Shown here: piece by piece, positions 1-11,363 of the stretch
Position numbering within the stretch: the stretch's first letter is position 1
Layout: each line of letters begins with the position of its first letter
Origin: Malacoraja senta
Lineage: Eukaryota
Assembly: GCA_038087875.1 (NCBI GenBank)
Contig: CM075987.1
Location: 17,176,001 to 17,240,000 of the forward strand
Direction of reading: 5' to 3'
Length of the DNA: 64,000 nucleotides
Notes under the pieces: model-generated
Seen by the model: the letters and a program-made list of their open reading frames with translations, nothing else
Database searches by the model: none
What the model was told of the DNA's origin: nothing
Program-made: the position numbers and the translations under genes

Positions 1-447
1 AAACATCATGTTGTGGTCGCTACCTCCTCATGGTTCCTTTACCTTGACTTCCCTTATCAAATCTGGTTCATTACATACCACTAAATGTAGAATTGTGGAC
101 TGGGTGGGCCAAAGGGCCTGTTTCCATGCTGTATCTCTAAACTCAACTAAAACACACAGCCCTTTGTCTTGCCGAGACACTTTGTATCCAACCGTGGATC
201 CCGTGCATCTTAAACTTCTGGATCAGCCAACTGTGGGGGATTTGATCGAATGCCTGGCTAAAATCCCCCGCCCTTCCCACAACAACACCAACGTCACCTC
301 CTGCTGGAGCAGCTTACTTGGTCAGAGAGAGCCATCCCTGCCATCCCCCCCCCCACACGCCCCACACTGTTCCTGATGGGAGCAGACCTCAACTTATGCC
401 TGCTATCCTTTGCACTGGTGTCCCTGCCAGGGATGCCCAGCTCACAG

Positions 448-700
448 CACTGCAGCTTCCTGTAACCCCTCCCCCCCTCCGATCCCTACCCCTCCCCCCC
501 TCACTGCAGCTTCCTGTAACCCCTTCCCCCCTGACCCCTCCCCCTCCCCCACTGCAGCTTCCTGTAACCCCTCCCCCCACTGCAGCTTCCTGTAACCCCC
601 CCCACTGCAGCTTCCTGTAACCCCCCCCTCTGACCCCTCCCTGCAGCTTTCTGTAACCCCTCTGACCCCTACTCCTCCACTCCCTGCAGCTTCCTGTAAA
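448..700. repeat. Minisatellite, core ctgcagcttcctgtaacccc with variable C-rich spacers
   Basis: About 7 visible copies of the core. Confidence 0.85.
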
Positions 701-939
701 CCCTTGCCCCCCTCCCCGATCACCCAAAGAACGGTCCACTGAGCCTTACCCACACATACCTCTGCCCCTCCCCCACAGAAATCTCCCCCACCCCCCTGGC
801 ACAACCCTCCCCCTACAGCGCTACACTCCCCCACCCTCTTTCAGCACCACCTTCCCCACTTATCTTTATTCCCCCTTCTGACCCCTGCTCTGCCCCATCC
901 CTATACTCTCTCCCACCACTGCTCCAAACACTCCCCTGA

Positions 940-1750
940 CCACCCCCCACTCCCCACCCCACCCCACCACCCCACCCCACCCCCACCCCCACCACTCCTC
1001 ACCCCCACCCCCACCACTCCTCACCCCCCACCCCCACCACTCCCCACCCCACCCCCACCACTCCTCACCCCCACCACTCCTCACCACTCCCCACCCTCCC
1101 CACCCCCACCACTCCCCACCCCCACCCCCACCCCCACCCCCACCACTCCTCACCCCACCACACCCCCACCACTCCTCACCCCCACCCCCACCACTCCTCA
1201 CCCCCCACCCCCACCACTCCTCACCCCCACCCCCACCACTCCTCACCCCCCACCCCCACCACTCCTCACCCCCACCCCCACCATTCCTCACCCCCACCCC
1301 CACCACTCCCCACCCCACCCCCACCACTCCTCACCCCACCCCCACCACTCCTCACCCCCACCACTCCTCACCACTCCCTACCCTCCCCATCCCACCCCCA
1401 CCACTCCTCACCCCCACCCTCACCCTCCCACCCTCCCACCTCCCCACCACTCCCCACCCCACCCCCACCCCCACCCCCACCCCCACCCCCACCACTCCTC
1501 ACCCTACCACACCCCCACCACTCCTCACCCCCACCCCCACCCCCACCACTCCTCACCGCACCCCACCCCCACCACTCCTCACCCCCACCCCCACCACTCC
1601 TCACCCCCACCCCCACCACTCCTCACCCCCACCCCCACCACTCCCCACCACTCCCCACCCCCACCAACCGCCACCCCATCACACCCCCACCCCCACCCCA
1701 CCCCCACCCCACCAACCGCCACCCCATCACACCCCCACCCCACCCCCACA
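940..1750. repeat. C-rich low-complexity tandem repeat, roughly (ccccaccactcctcacc)n
   Basis: Direct inspection; the minus strand is G-run rich. Confidence 0.9.
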
Positions 1751-2859
1751 CTGCCCCCTCCCCAGCCACCCTAGTACCTCTCTCCCCCTCACCAGTGTTG
1801 TCACCTGACACCACCCTCCCCTCCCTCCCCTCCCTCCCCTCCCTCACCCCATCCACACCTCTCCCCTCATGCGGCCCTGCCTCGTGCATTCCCTGCATGT
1901 CCAGCCTCTGCGTTGCTCTGCATTGCCCGATGCGATGATGCGTTGGGGTACCCGGGGCTTTGGTTGCCGTGGTGATTTTTCCAGGCGCTGCAGTTGCTGC
2001 GGAATGGTGGTGTGTGGGGAAGGCAGGCAGCTCCAGGGTCCTAGTGTCCACTGGCCACCCCTATTGCTGACTCTATGTGTCCTAACATCACCCCCATCCA
2101 CACCACAACAGGTGGGCCAGGGTAGTCGACAACTACACGGGCCCAAGGTGAGAGGGAAATATTTAAAAGAGTTCTGAAGGGTTAGTGGGAGAAGATAGAC
2201 ACAAAGTGCTGGAGTAACTCAGTGGGTCAGGCAGCATAGAGTCACACAGCATCTCTGGAGAAAATGGAAATAGGTCTGTGTGTCCACCCTAAATGTGCAT
2301 CTCATGTTTTTATGTTCCTCTACACACTCCAGTTCTGCTTGCCGCATTACAAGAAGGATGTGGTAGCTTTAATGAAGCTTGTGTTTACGTGTGATGTGTG
2401 TATACACATACCATGAGAATGTTACAGTATTCCCCTTTAAGCCTTTTGTCATTATCCTGCCACGGCTTAACTAGTTTCTCAGCATTGAATTTCATCTCCT
2501 CAGCTGATGTTTGTAAAATGGGCAGAGAAAGGGCTGATGGAATTTAATCTTGGAAAATGCAAGATGATATGTTTTGCGATGACTAATCAAATGTGCTTGT
2601 ACATTTTGTATGGGCTGAAGGACTATTGAGGAACAAAGAGACATTTGTGTAACAAGTAGAGATACAAGAGAATGCAGACGCTGGGCAAAAGTGCAGGAGG
2701 AATTCACAATGTCAGGCAGCATCTGTGGAGGGAATGGGCAGGTGACATTTCAGGTCGGGACCCTTCTTCAGACTGAGGGGAGAGGAAACTGGAACAGAGG
2801 TGGGCTGGCACAGAGCCTGGCAAGTGATAGGTGGTTGCTAAAGTGGGTGGTTTTGCAGA

Positions 2860-3660
2860 TAGTGAAGATGGTTGTGAACGATTGCAGCAGGATCAGGATC
2901 GATTGGCCAGGTGGGCGGAGGAATGGTTGATGGAGTAATACGGAGAAAAGTCAGATGTTGCATTTTGGGAAAACTAACATAGTGAATGGTAGAGCTCTGG
3001 GTAGTGTTGTAGAGCAGAGGGATCTAGGAGTACAGGTGCATGGTTCCTTGAAAGTGGTGTCACAGCTAGATAGGGTGGTCAAAAAGGCTTTGGCACATTG
3101 AGTATAGAAGTTGGGAAGTCATGTTGCAGTTGTATAATATGTTGGTGAGGCTACATTTAGAATATTGTGTTCAATATTGGGCACCATGTTATAGGAAAGA
3201 TGTCAAGCTGGAAAGATTCACGAGGATGTTGCCAAGACTCAAGGGCCTGAGATATTGGGAGAGGTTCAGTGGGCTGGGTCTCTATTCCTTGGAGCGCAGG
3301 AGGATGAGGGGTGATCTTATGGAGGTCTATAAAATCATGAGAGGAATAGATCGGGTAGACGCACAGTCTCTTGCCCAGAGTAGAGGAATCGAGGACCAGA
3401 GGACACAGGTTTAAGTTGAGGGGGGAAAGATTTAATAGAAATCTGAGGGGTAACTTATTTACACAAAGGGTGGTGGGTGTATGGAACGAGCTGCCGGAGG
3501 AGGTAGTTGAGGCTGGGACTATTGCAACGTTTAAGTAACTTTTAGAAAGGTACATGATAGGACAGGTTTAGATGGATATGGGCAGGCAGGTGGGACTAGT
3601 GTAGGTGGGACATGTTGGTTGGCATGTGCAAGTTGGCCGATGGGCTGTGTCCACACTGTA
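2860..3660 (+). mobile_element. Decayed CR1-clade LINE, 3' fragment (ORF2 C-terminus and tail)
   Basis: ORF 3121-3414 reads LYNMLVRLHLEYCVQYWAP...LERRRMRGDL, a typical CR1 ORF2 C-terminus. Confidence 0.85.
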
Positions 3661-4129
3661 TGCCATTATCTGTGGTAGGATGTAAGTGAAGGAGATGATG
3701 GTACAGCCTTTGTGTTGGGCCACTGCTGGACTGTGCTTTTCTGCTGCCAACACTATATGAAGGATGTGAATGAGCTGGCGTGAATCATAGAGTCAGAAAG
3801 CATAGAAATCAGAAAACAGAGGTGGAAAGGTCAATTTGCAAGTTGAATTGTTAGTAAAGATGACAAATGCAATGCTGGCATTTATTTGGATATGATTAGA
3901 ATATAAAAACAGGGATGTAATACTGAGTTGGGGGGGGGTGCGGTAGTTGTGTGTGTGAGTGTGAGAGTGAGTCAGTGTGAGAGTCAGTGTGTGTGTGAGA
4001 GAGTGAGTGTGTGAGTGAGAGTCAGTGTCAGTGAGAGTGTGAGTGAGAGTCAGTGTCAGTGTGAGTGTGAGAGAGAGTCAGTGTCAGTGAGAGTGTGAGT
4101 GAGACCGGGTGGGGAGAGGGGGGGTTGCT

Positions 4130-4559
4130 GGGGATTGAGCGCCTGCATCGGGGAGGAGAGTGCAGACTGGACGCAGACAGAACGGCGACGTGATGCGGAA
4201 TGGCGGGCGGGCGGGCGGGCGCTAGGACCCAGCGTCCGCACTGACGCAGCGTCTGCCCCATCAGCTGCTGCTGCCGCCGCCTGTCTGTCTGTCTGTCTGC
4301 AGCCGGACCCGGCACCGGCACCGGCACCGGGAGCAGCAGCAGGAGCAGGAGCAGGAGCAGGAGCAGCGGCACCGGGAGCAGGAGCGGCAACAGCAGCACC
4401 GGGAGCGGCGGTACCGGGAGCAGGGAACAGCAGCAGCAGTAGCAGCACCGGCAGCGGCGGGCACCGGGAGTGAGCTGAGCTGAGCCGGGAGCCGGGAGCA
4501 GTAGCAGTAACGGGAGCAGCGGCGGTACCGGTCGCCGGCAGCCATGAGACCGGCGCTGA
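4130..4559 (+). promoter_or_regulatory. CpG-rich putative 5' UTR / first exon with Kozak ATG at 4544 (gcagccATGaga; MRPAL...), cut by the gap
   Basis: High CpG density, gcaccg/gcagga repeats typical of GC-rich 5' UTRs, preceded by a GT/GA microsatellite (3950-4100). Gene identity cannot be determined. Confidence 0.5.
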
Positions 4560-4759
4560 NNNNNNNNNNNNNNNNNNNNNNNNNNNNNNNNNNNNNNNNN
4601 NNNNNNNNNNNNNNNNNNNNNNNNNNNNNNNNNNNNNNNNNNNNNNNNNNNNNNNNNNNNNNNNNNNNNNNNNNNNNNNNNNNNNNNNNNNNNNNNNNNN
4701 NNNNNNNNNNNNNNNNNNNNNNNNNNNNNNNNNNNNNNNNNNNNNNNNNNNNNNNNNNN
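4560..4759. other. Assembly gap (200 N, probably a nominal size)
   Basis: N run. Confidence 0.99.
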
Positions 4760-5885
4760 GTGGGGGTTACGGGGTGGGGGGGCGGGGGGTTGGGTTGAGT
4801 GGGGGGTGAGGAGGGGGGTTGAGTGGGGTTACGGGGTGGGGGGGCGGGTGTTGAGGGGTTGAGTGGGGGGTGAGGAGGGGGTTGAGGGGATGCGGGGGGG
4901 TGAGGAGGGGGTTGAGGGGGTGGGGGTGAGGAGGGGGTTGAGTGGGGGTGCGGGGTGGGGGCAGGGGTTGAGTGGGGGTGGGGTGGGTGGGTGGGGGGGC
5001 GGGTGAACGTGTGGTGGGGCAGGTGGGGGGGGAGGGAGTTGAGATCGAGGGTCCGCGTCTCTGTGCAACAACCTTGTTCAGTTTGAAGAAGGGTCACGAC
5101 CCAAGATGTCACCGTTCCTTCTCTCCATAGATGCTGCCTGTCCCGCTGATAGTGTTAGTGTGTGGGGATCACTGGTTGGTGTGGACACGGTGGCTGCAGG
5201 GCCTGTTTCCTCAGTGTATCTCTAAACTACTGCCAGTACCCGGAGCTAGTGAGGGCAGGAACAGGGAGATGGGGGCGCTGAGGAGTTGGTGCAGGGGCAG
5301 GGAGTCTGAGTCTTAGACCAGAGGGATCTGGTGGGGCTGAGGTGACCTATACATGAGGGACGGTTGATCTGAGGGAGGTTCACTGCTGCTACTCAGGGAA
5401 TGGAGGGATGTGGGTCAAGAGGAGGCAGATACCAAATGCTCTTGTCATCATGTTGGGCACATCTGTGATGAGCCGAATGGCCTGTGCTCTATGACTCTAT
5501 GGATGACAGAGAGCTGGGAAATGGGAGCAGTAGAGGGTACAGTAGGCAGCATGGGTGTGATGGGCCGAAGGGCCTAGGCTGTGGGCCAAAGGATGTGGTG
5601 GGCTCAGGGTGTAATGGGCTCTGGGTGGGGTCAGGTGGGGTGGGGTCAGGGTGGGGTGGGGTCAGGGTGGGGATGGGGTCAGGGTGGGATGGGGTCAGGG
5701 TGTGGTGGGGTCAGGGTGGGGTGGGGTCAGGGTGGGGTGGGGTCAGGGTGGGGTGGGGTCAGGGTGGGGTGGGGTGGGGTCAGGGTGGGGTGGGGTCAGG
5801 GTGGGATGGGGTCAGGGTGTGGTGGGGTCAGGGTGGGGTGGGCCGGCCTGATCTGTGCCACTGACCTGGGTGTGTTTGGGTGAAG

Positions 5886-6072
5886 GCGGCCCAGATGAAG
5901 GCGGAGCTGTCAGCACTGCCGCCCATTCACGTGCCCAGGCTGCCCGTCAACCAACCGGGGAAGGCTGGAGACGCCGGCATTGGAGCCTTGAGCCGCAAAC
6001 TGGTCAGTTACTGCACGACCTGCAGCAGCTCAGTGCCCACATCCCGTGTGGTGGACATCACCCGTGGCACAG
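5886..6072 (+). CDS. DCTN1: Dynactin subunit 1 (p150Glued), internal coding exon with two compensating 1-nt indels
   Basis: AAQMKAELSALPPIHVPRL...GALSRK/TGQLLHDLQQLSAHI/RVVDITRG matches recalled human GAQMKASLASLPPLHVAKL...[28 protein letters not shown]. Boundaries are aag|GCG and G|gtacag. The frame switches at aaa 5997-5999 and ccc 6043-6045. Confidence 0.9.
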
Positions 6073-6450
6073 GTACAGGGGGTGGATACAGGGATGGGGG
6101 GTGGGTACAGGGGGTGGGTACAGGGGGCAGGGGGTGGGTACAGGGGGCAGGGGTGGGCACACGGGGTGGGTACAGGGGGTGGGTACAGGGGTGGGCACGG
6201 GTATGGGGGGCAGGGGGTGGGCATGGGTACAGGGGGCAGGGGGTGGGTACAGGGGGGTGGGCATGGGTACAGGGGGCAGGGGGTGGGTACAGGGGGCAGG
6301 GGTAGGCACATGGATGGGGGCGGGTGGAACGGGGGCAAGAGGTAGGCACGGGTACACAGGGGGCAGGGGGTGGGCACGGGTACAGGGGGCAGGGGGTGGG
6401 CACGGGTACAGGGGGCAGGGGGTGGGCACGGGTACAGGGGGCAGGGGTGT
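6073..6450. repeat. G-rich minisatellite (gggtacagggggcaggggt...) starting at the splice donor; similar G-rich repeats at 5620-5840 and 6600-6910
   Basis: Direct inspection. Confidence 0.85.
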
Positions 6451-6484
6451 GGTGACGGGTGAGTGATGCATTGCTGTGTTGCAG

Positions 6485-6573
6485 GGCTGGTGAGGAGGAG
6501 TAATGCAGCCACACAGTTGCTGGAGCAGACGGCCCGTCTACAACAGCTGGGGCTGAGCGTGGAGCGCATCAAG
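6485..6573 (+). CDS. DCTN1: DCTN1 coding exon (GLVRRSNAATQLLEQTARLQQLGLSVERIK)
   Basis: Matches human ...[24 protein letters not shown]. Acceptor ttgcag| is present. The donor appears to lack one G (AAG|gtatcg expected, aagtatcg seen). Confidence 0.85.
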
Positions 6574-6959
6574 TATCGGGGGGGGTGGAGAATGTGGAGT
6601 GAGGGGGTGGGCATGGGGGGAGTGGGGTGGCAAGTGATTGGGGGGCTGGGGTGGGGGAGGAGCTGGGGTTGGGGGGTAGCTGGGGTGGGGGCTGGGGTGT
6701 GTTTGGGGAGGGGGGTGGGGTGGGGGAGGGGGAGCTGGGGTGGATGGGGGTGGGTGAGGGGGGAGCTGGGGTGGGTGAGGGGGGAGCTGGGGTGGGTGAG
6801 GGGGGAGCTGGGGTAGGGGGGGAGCTGGGGTGGGGGAGGGGGAGCTGGGGTGGGGGGGAGCTGGGGTGGGGAAGGGGGAGCTGGGGAGGGGGAGCTTGGG
6901 TGGGGTGGGGCTGAAGTTGGGGGTGTGTGACACGACCCTGACCTCTGCCCCCCCCCCAG

Positions 6960-7045
6960 GATGAGGTGGGCCGTGTGTCCGTGCAGCGACCGGGGCTCGA
7001 GCTGTGTCCGACTTTGCCTCCTTCCCCACCACCGCCTTCTCCAAG
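6960..7045 (+). CDS. DCTN1: DCTN1 penultimate coding exon (DEVGRVSVQRPG/ARAVSDFASFPTTAFSK), 1 nt short
   Basis: Matches human [30 protein letters not shown]. Boundaries cccag|GAT and AAG|gtgagt; 86 nt long, with a frameshift at gggg 6992-6995. Confidence 0.9.
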
Positions 7046-7246
7046 GTGAGTCTGCCCCCCCCTACCCCGACCCCCCCCTTCTCCCCTCCCTACCCCTCCT
7101 TTCCCACCTCTGTCACCTTGTCCAAGGTGAGTAACCCCACCCTGACCCCCTCCTCCCCTTCCCATACCCCCCACCCTGACCCCCCCTTCTCCCCCTTCCC
7201 CACCCTGACCCCCTCCTCCCCCTTCCACTCCCCCTTCCCCTACCCA

Positions 7247-8910
7247 CCGCCATTCAATGTGATCCCCAATCAGTATCCCGTTCCTGCCTTCTCCCCATAT
7301 CCCTTGATTCCTTTAGCCCTAAGAGTTAAATCTAACTCTCTCTTGGGAACATCCAGTGAATTGGCCTCCACTGCCTTCTGTGGCAGAGAATTCCACAAAT
7401 TCATAACTCTCTGGGTGAAAATGATTTTCCTCACCTCAGTCCTAAATGGCCTCTCCTTATTCTTAAACTGTGACCCCTGGTTCTGGACTCCCCCAACATA
7501 CAAACATAGAAAATAGGTGCAGGAGTAGGCCATTCGGCCCTTCGAACCTGCACCGCCATTCGATATGATCATGGCTGTTCATCCAACTCAGTATCCCATC
7601 CCTGCCTTCTCTCCATACCCCCTGATCCCTTTAGCCACAAGGGCCACATCTAACTCCCTCTTAAATATAGCCAATGAACTGGCCTCAACTACCTTCTGTG
7701 GCAGAGAATTCCACAGATTCACCACTCTCTGTGTAAAAAATGATTTTCTCATCTTGGTCCTAAAAGACTTCCCTCTGGTCCTAAAAGACTTAAACTGTGA
7801 ATTTTGTACGTTTCTATAAGATCTCCCCTCAATCTTCTAAATTCTAGCGTGTACAAGCCAAGTCTATCAAGTCTTTCTTCATATGAAAGTCCTGCATCCC
7901 AGGAGTCTGGTGAACCTTCTCTGTACTCCCTCTATGGCAAGAATGTCTTTCCTCAGATTAGGAGACCAAAACTGTACGCAATACTCCAGGTGTGGTCTCA
8001 CCAAGACCCTGTACAACTGCAGTAGAACCTCCCTGCTCCTATACTCAAATCCTTTTGCTATGAATGCTAACATACCATTCGCCTTCTTCACTGCCTGCTG
8101 CACCTGCATGCCTACTTTCAATGACTGGTGTACCATGACACCCAGGTCTCGTTGCATCTCCCCTTTTCCTAATCGGCCACCATTCAGATAATAGTCTACT
8201 TTCCTGTTTTTGCCACCAAAGTGGATAACCTCACATTTATCCACATTATACTGCATCTGCCATGCATTTGCCCACTCACCCAGCCTATCCAAGTCACCTT
8301 GCAGTCTCCTAGCATCCTCCTCACAGCTAACACTGGCCCCCAGCTTCGTGTCATCCGCAAACTTGGAGATGTTGCATTCAATTCCCTCGTCCAAATCATT
8401 AATATATATTGTAAATAGTCTGGGGTCCCAGCACTGAGCCTTGCGGTACCCCACTAGTCACTGCCTGCCATTGTGAAAAGGACCCGTTTACTCCTACTCT
8501 TTGCTTCCTGTCTGCCAGCCAGTTCTCTATCCACATCAATACTGAATCCCCAATACCGTGTGATTTAAGTTTGTATACTAATCGAAAGCCTTCTGAAAGT
8601 CCAGATACAACACATCCACTGGTTCTCCCTTATCCACTCTACTAGTTATATCCTCAAAAAATTCTATAAGATTCGTCAGACATGATTTACCTTTCGTAAA
8701 TCCATGCTGACTTTGTCCAATGATTTCACCACTTTCCAAATGTGCTGCTATCCCATCTTTAATAACTGACTCCACAATTTTCCCCCTTAGTGAAGACAGA
8801 ACCAAAATACTTGTTTAACTGTTCTGCCCTTTTCTGGTTTCCCATTATACATTCACCTGTGTCTGATTGTAAAGGACCTACATTTGTCTTCACTAATCAT
8901 TTCCTTTTCA
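7247..8910 (-). mobile_element. CR1 LINE fragments (RT domain to 3' end, plus a second 3' fragment)
   Basis: ORFs 7879-8454 (FADDTKL, HLEYCVQFWSP), 8578-8805 (QHGF, YLDFQKAFD) and 7270-7572. Confidence 0.9.
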
Positions 8911-9404
8911 CAATAACTCTGTCTCTCTCTAAAGAAGCTTTTCGAGTCAGTTTTCCCCGCAAGCTTTCTTTCATGCTCTTCCACCCCACTTAATTAACCC
9001 CTTTGTCCTCCTCTGTTGGGTTCTCAATTTCTCCCGGTCCTCCGGTTTGCTGCTCCAAGGTGACTCCCCCCCTCCCTCTCCTCCACCCCCGCTCTCCCCC
9101 TCCCAACCCCCACCCACCCTCCCAACCCCCCCCCCTCCTCTCCCCCTCTCCAACCCCACCCTCTCCATCACCAAGGTGGTCCCCCCTTGTGTACAGTCCT
9201 GGTCACCCAGCTACAGGGAGGATGTCATTATTGGTTGGGGTGCAGGAGAGATTCACCAGGTTGTTACCAGATTGTGGGCTTGAGTTACAGGGAGAGGATG
9301 CGTAGCCGGGGACTTTATTGATTAGCACGGGAGAGGTTGAGGGGTGACATTATTGAGGTGTACAAGATCATGAGGGGCACGGATAAAGTGAACACTCACA
9401 CTCA

Positions 9405-10405
9405 CCGCAAGGCTCGGTGCTGGGACCGCAGCTATTTACAATATACATCAATGATTTGGATGAAGGGATTCAAAGTAACATTAGCAAATTTGTAGATGAC
9501 ACAAAGCTGGGTGACAGTGTGAACTGTGAGGAGGATGCTATGAGAATGCAGGGTGACTTGGACAGGTTGGGGGAGTGGGCAGATACATGGCAAATGAAGT
9601 TTAATGCGGATAAATGTGAGGTTATCCACTTTGGTAGCAAAAACAGGAATGCAGATTACTATCTAAATGGCGTCAAGTTGGGAAAAGGGGAAGTACAACG
9701 GGATCTGGGGGTCCTTGTTCATCAGTCTATGAAAGTAAGCATGCAGGTACAGCAGGCAGTGAAGAAAGCGAATGGCATGTTGGCCTTTATAACAAGAGGA
9801 ATCGAATATAGGAGCAAAGAGGTCTTTCTGCAGTTGTACAGGGCCCTAGTGAGACCACACCTGGAGTATTGTGTGCAGTTTTGGTCCCCTAATTTGAGGA
9901 AGGACATTCTAGCTATTGAGGGAGTGCAGCGTAGGTTTACCAGGTTAATTCCCAGGATGGCGGGACTGTCATATGCTGAGAGAATGGAGCAGCTGGGCTT
10001 GTATACTCTGGAATTTAGAAGGATGAGAGAGGATCTCATTGAAACATATAAGATTATTAAGGGTTTGGACACGCTAGAGGCAAGAAACATGTTCCCGATG
10101 TTGGGGGAGTCCAGAACCAGGGGCCACAGTTTAAGAATAAGGGGTAAGCCATTTAGAACGGAGACGAGGAAACACTTTTTCACACAGAGTGTGGTGAGTC
10201 TGTGGAATTCTCTGCCTCAGAGGGCGGTGGAGGTCGGTTCTCTGGATGCTTTCAAGAGAGAGCTCTTAAAAATAGCGGAGTCAGGGGATATGGGGAGAAG
10301 GCAGGAACGGGGTACTGATTGGGGATGATCAGCCATGATCACATTGAATGGCGGTGCTGGCTCGATGGGCCGAATGGCCTACTCCTGCACCTGTTGTCTA
10401 TTGTC
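9405..10405 (+). mobile_element. 5'-truncated CR1 LINE (RT C-terminal half and 3' UTR), apparently nested in an older CR1 fragment (9170-10490)
   Basis: 303-aa ORF 9417-10328 with LGPQLFTIYINDL, FVDDTKL and HLEYCVQFWSP. Confidence 0.92.
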
Positions 10406-10594
10406 TTATCCCCAGGGTGGAGGATTCTAAAACTAGAGGGCACAGACTGAAGGTGAGAGGGGAGAGATTTAAGAGGGATCTCAGGAGCAATGTTCACTCA
10501 TTCAGCACTGAAACAGACCCCTCGGCCCAACACATCTACTCTTCCCAGCTTCAAAACAGCTGCCAGAGGAAGCTACACAACTGGGGACACGGGC

Positions 10595-11230
10595 CAAACG
10601 TGGGCAGGTGGGACTAGTGTAGATGGGGCATGTTGGTCTGTGGGCAGGTGGGACTAGTGTAGATGGGACATGTTGGGCTGTGGGCAGGTGGGACTAGTGT
10701 AGATGGGACATGTTGGGCTGTGGGCAGGTGGGACTAGTGTAGATGGGACATGTTGGGCTGTGGGCAGGTGGGACTAGTGTAGATGGGACATGTTGGGCTG
10801 TGGGCAGGTGGGACTAGTGTAGATGGGGCATGTTGGTCTGTGGGCAGGTGGGACTCGTGTAGATGGGGCATGTTGGTCTGTGGGCAGGTGGGACTAGTGT
10901 AGATGGGGCATGTTGGTCTGTGGGCAGGTGGGACTCGTGTAGATGGGGCATGTTGGTCTGTGGGCAGGTGGGACTAGTGTAGATGGGGCATGTTGGACTA
11001 GTGTAGATGGGGCATGTTGGTCTGTGGGCAGGTGGGACTAGTGTAGATGGGGCATGTTAGTCAGTGTGGGCAGGTGGGACTAGTGTAGATGGGGCATGTT
11101 GGACTAGTGTAGATGGGGCATGTTGGTCAGTGTGGGCAGGTGGGACTAGTGTAGATGGGGCATGTTGGTCGGGGTGGGCAGGTGGGACTAGTGTAGATGG
11201 GGCATGTTGGTTTGTGGGCGGGATGGACTA
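10595..11230. repeat. ~40-bp minisatellite (gggcaggtgggactagtgtagatggggcatgttggtctgt)n amplified from a LINE/SINE 3' tail
   Basis: About 15 copies. The same motif occurs singly in CR1 tails, e.g. 3585-3620. Confidence 0.85.
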
Positions 11231-11363
11231 ATGTCCCAATACAGACTGGGAAAATCATAGCGTGAAGGGTTTAGATCGGGTGCAATTCTTCAAAGGTGCT
11301 CAGGAGCGTTTTCTTAAACAGTATATGGAGCCTCCCCACACGTATATGGAGGTCTGGTCCCCC

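Noticed and set aside
318..2177. Gly/Trp/Pro-rich ORFs as real proteins (also 18616-19398, 26382-26971, 58278-59336)
   Set aside because: They are translations of G/C-rich minisatellites with no recognisable homology or exon structure.
5855..6466. Frame containing RRRHWSL as a GnRH-like neuropeptide
   Set aside because: No GnRH decapeptide or GKR processing site; the exon is fully explained by DCTN1.
9417..10328. Domesticated reverse transcriptase gene (also 60028-61275)
   Set aside because: These are 5'-truncated CR1/L2 ORF2 fragments followed by normal LINE 3' UTRs, with many similar decayed copies nearby.
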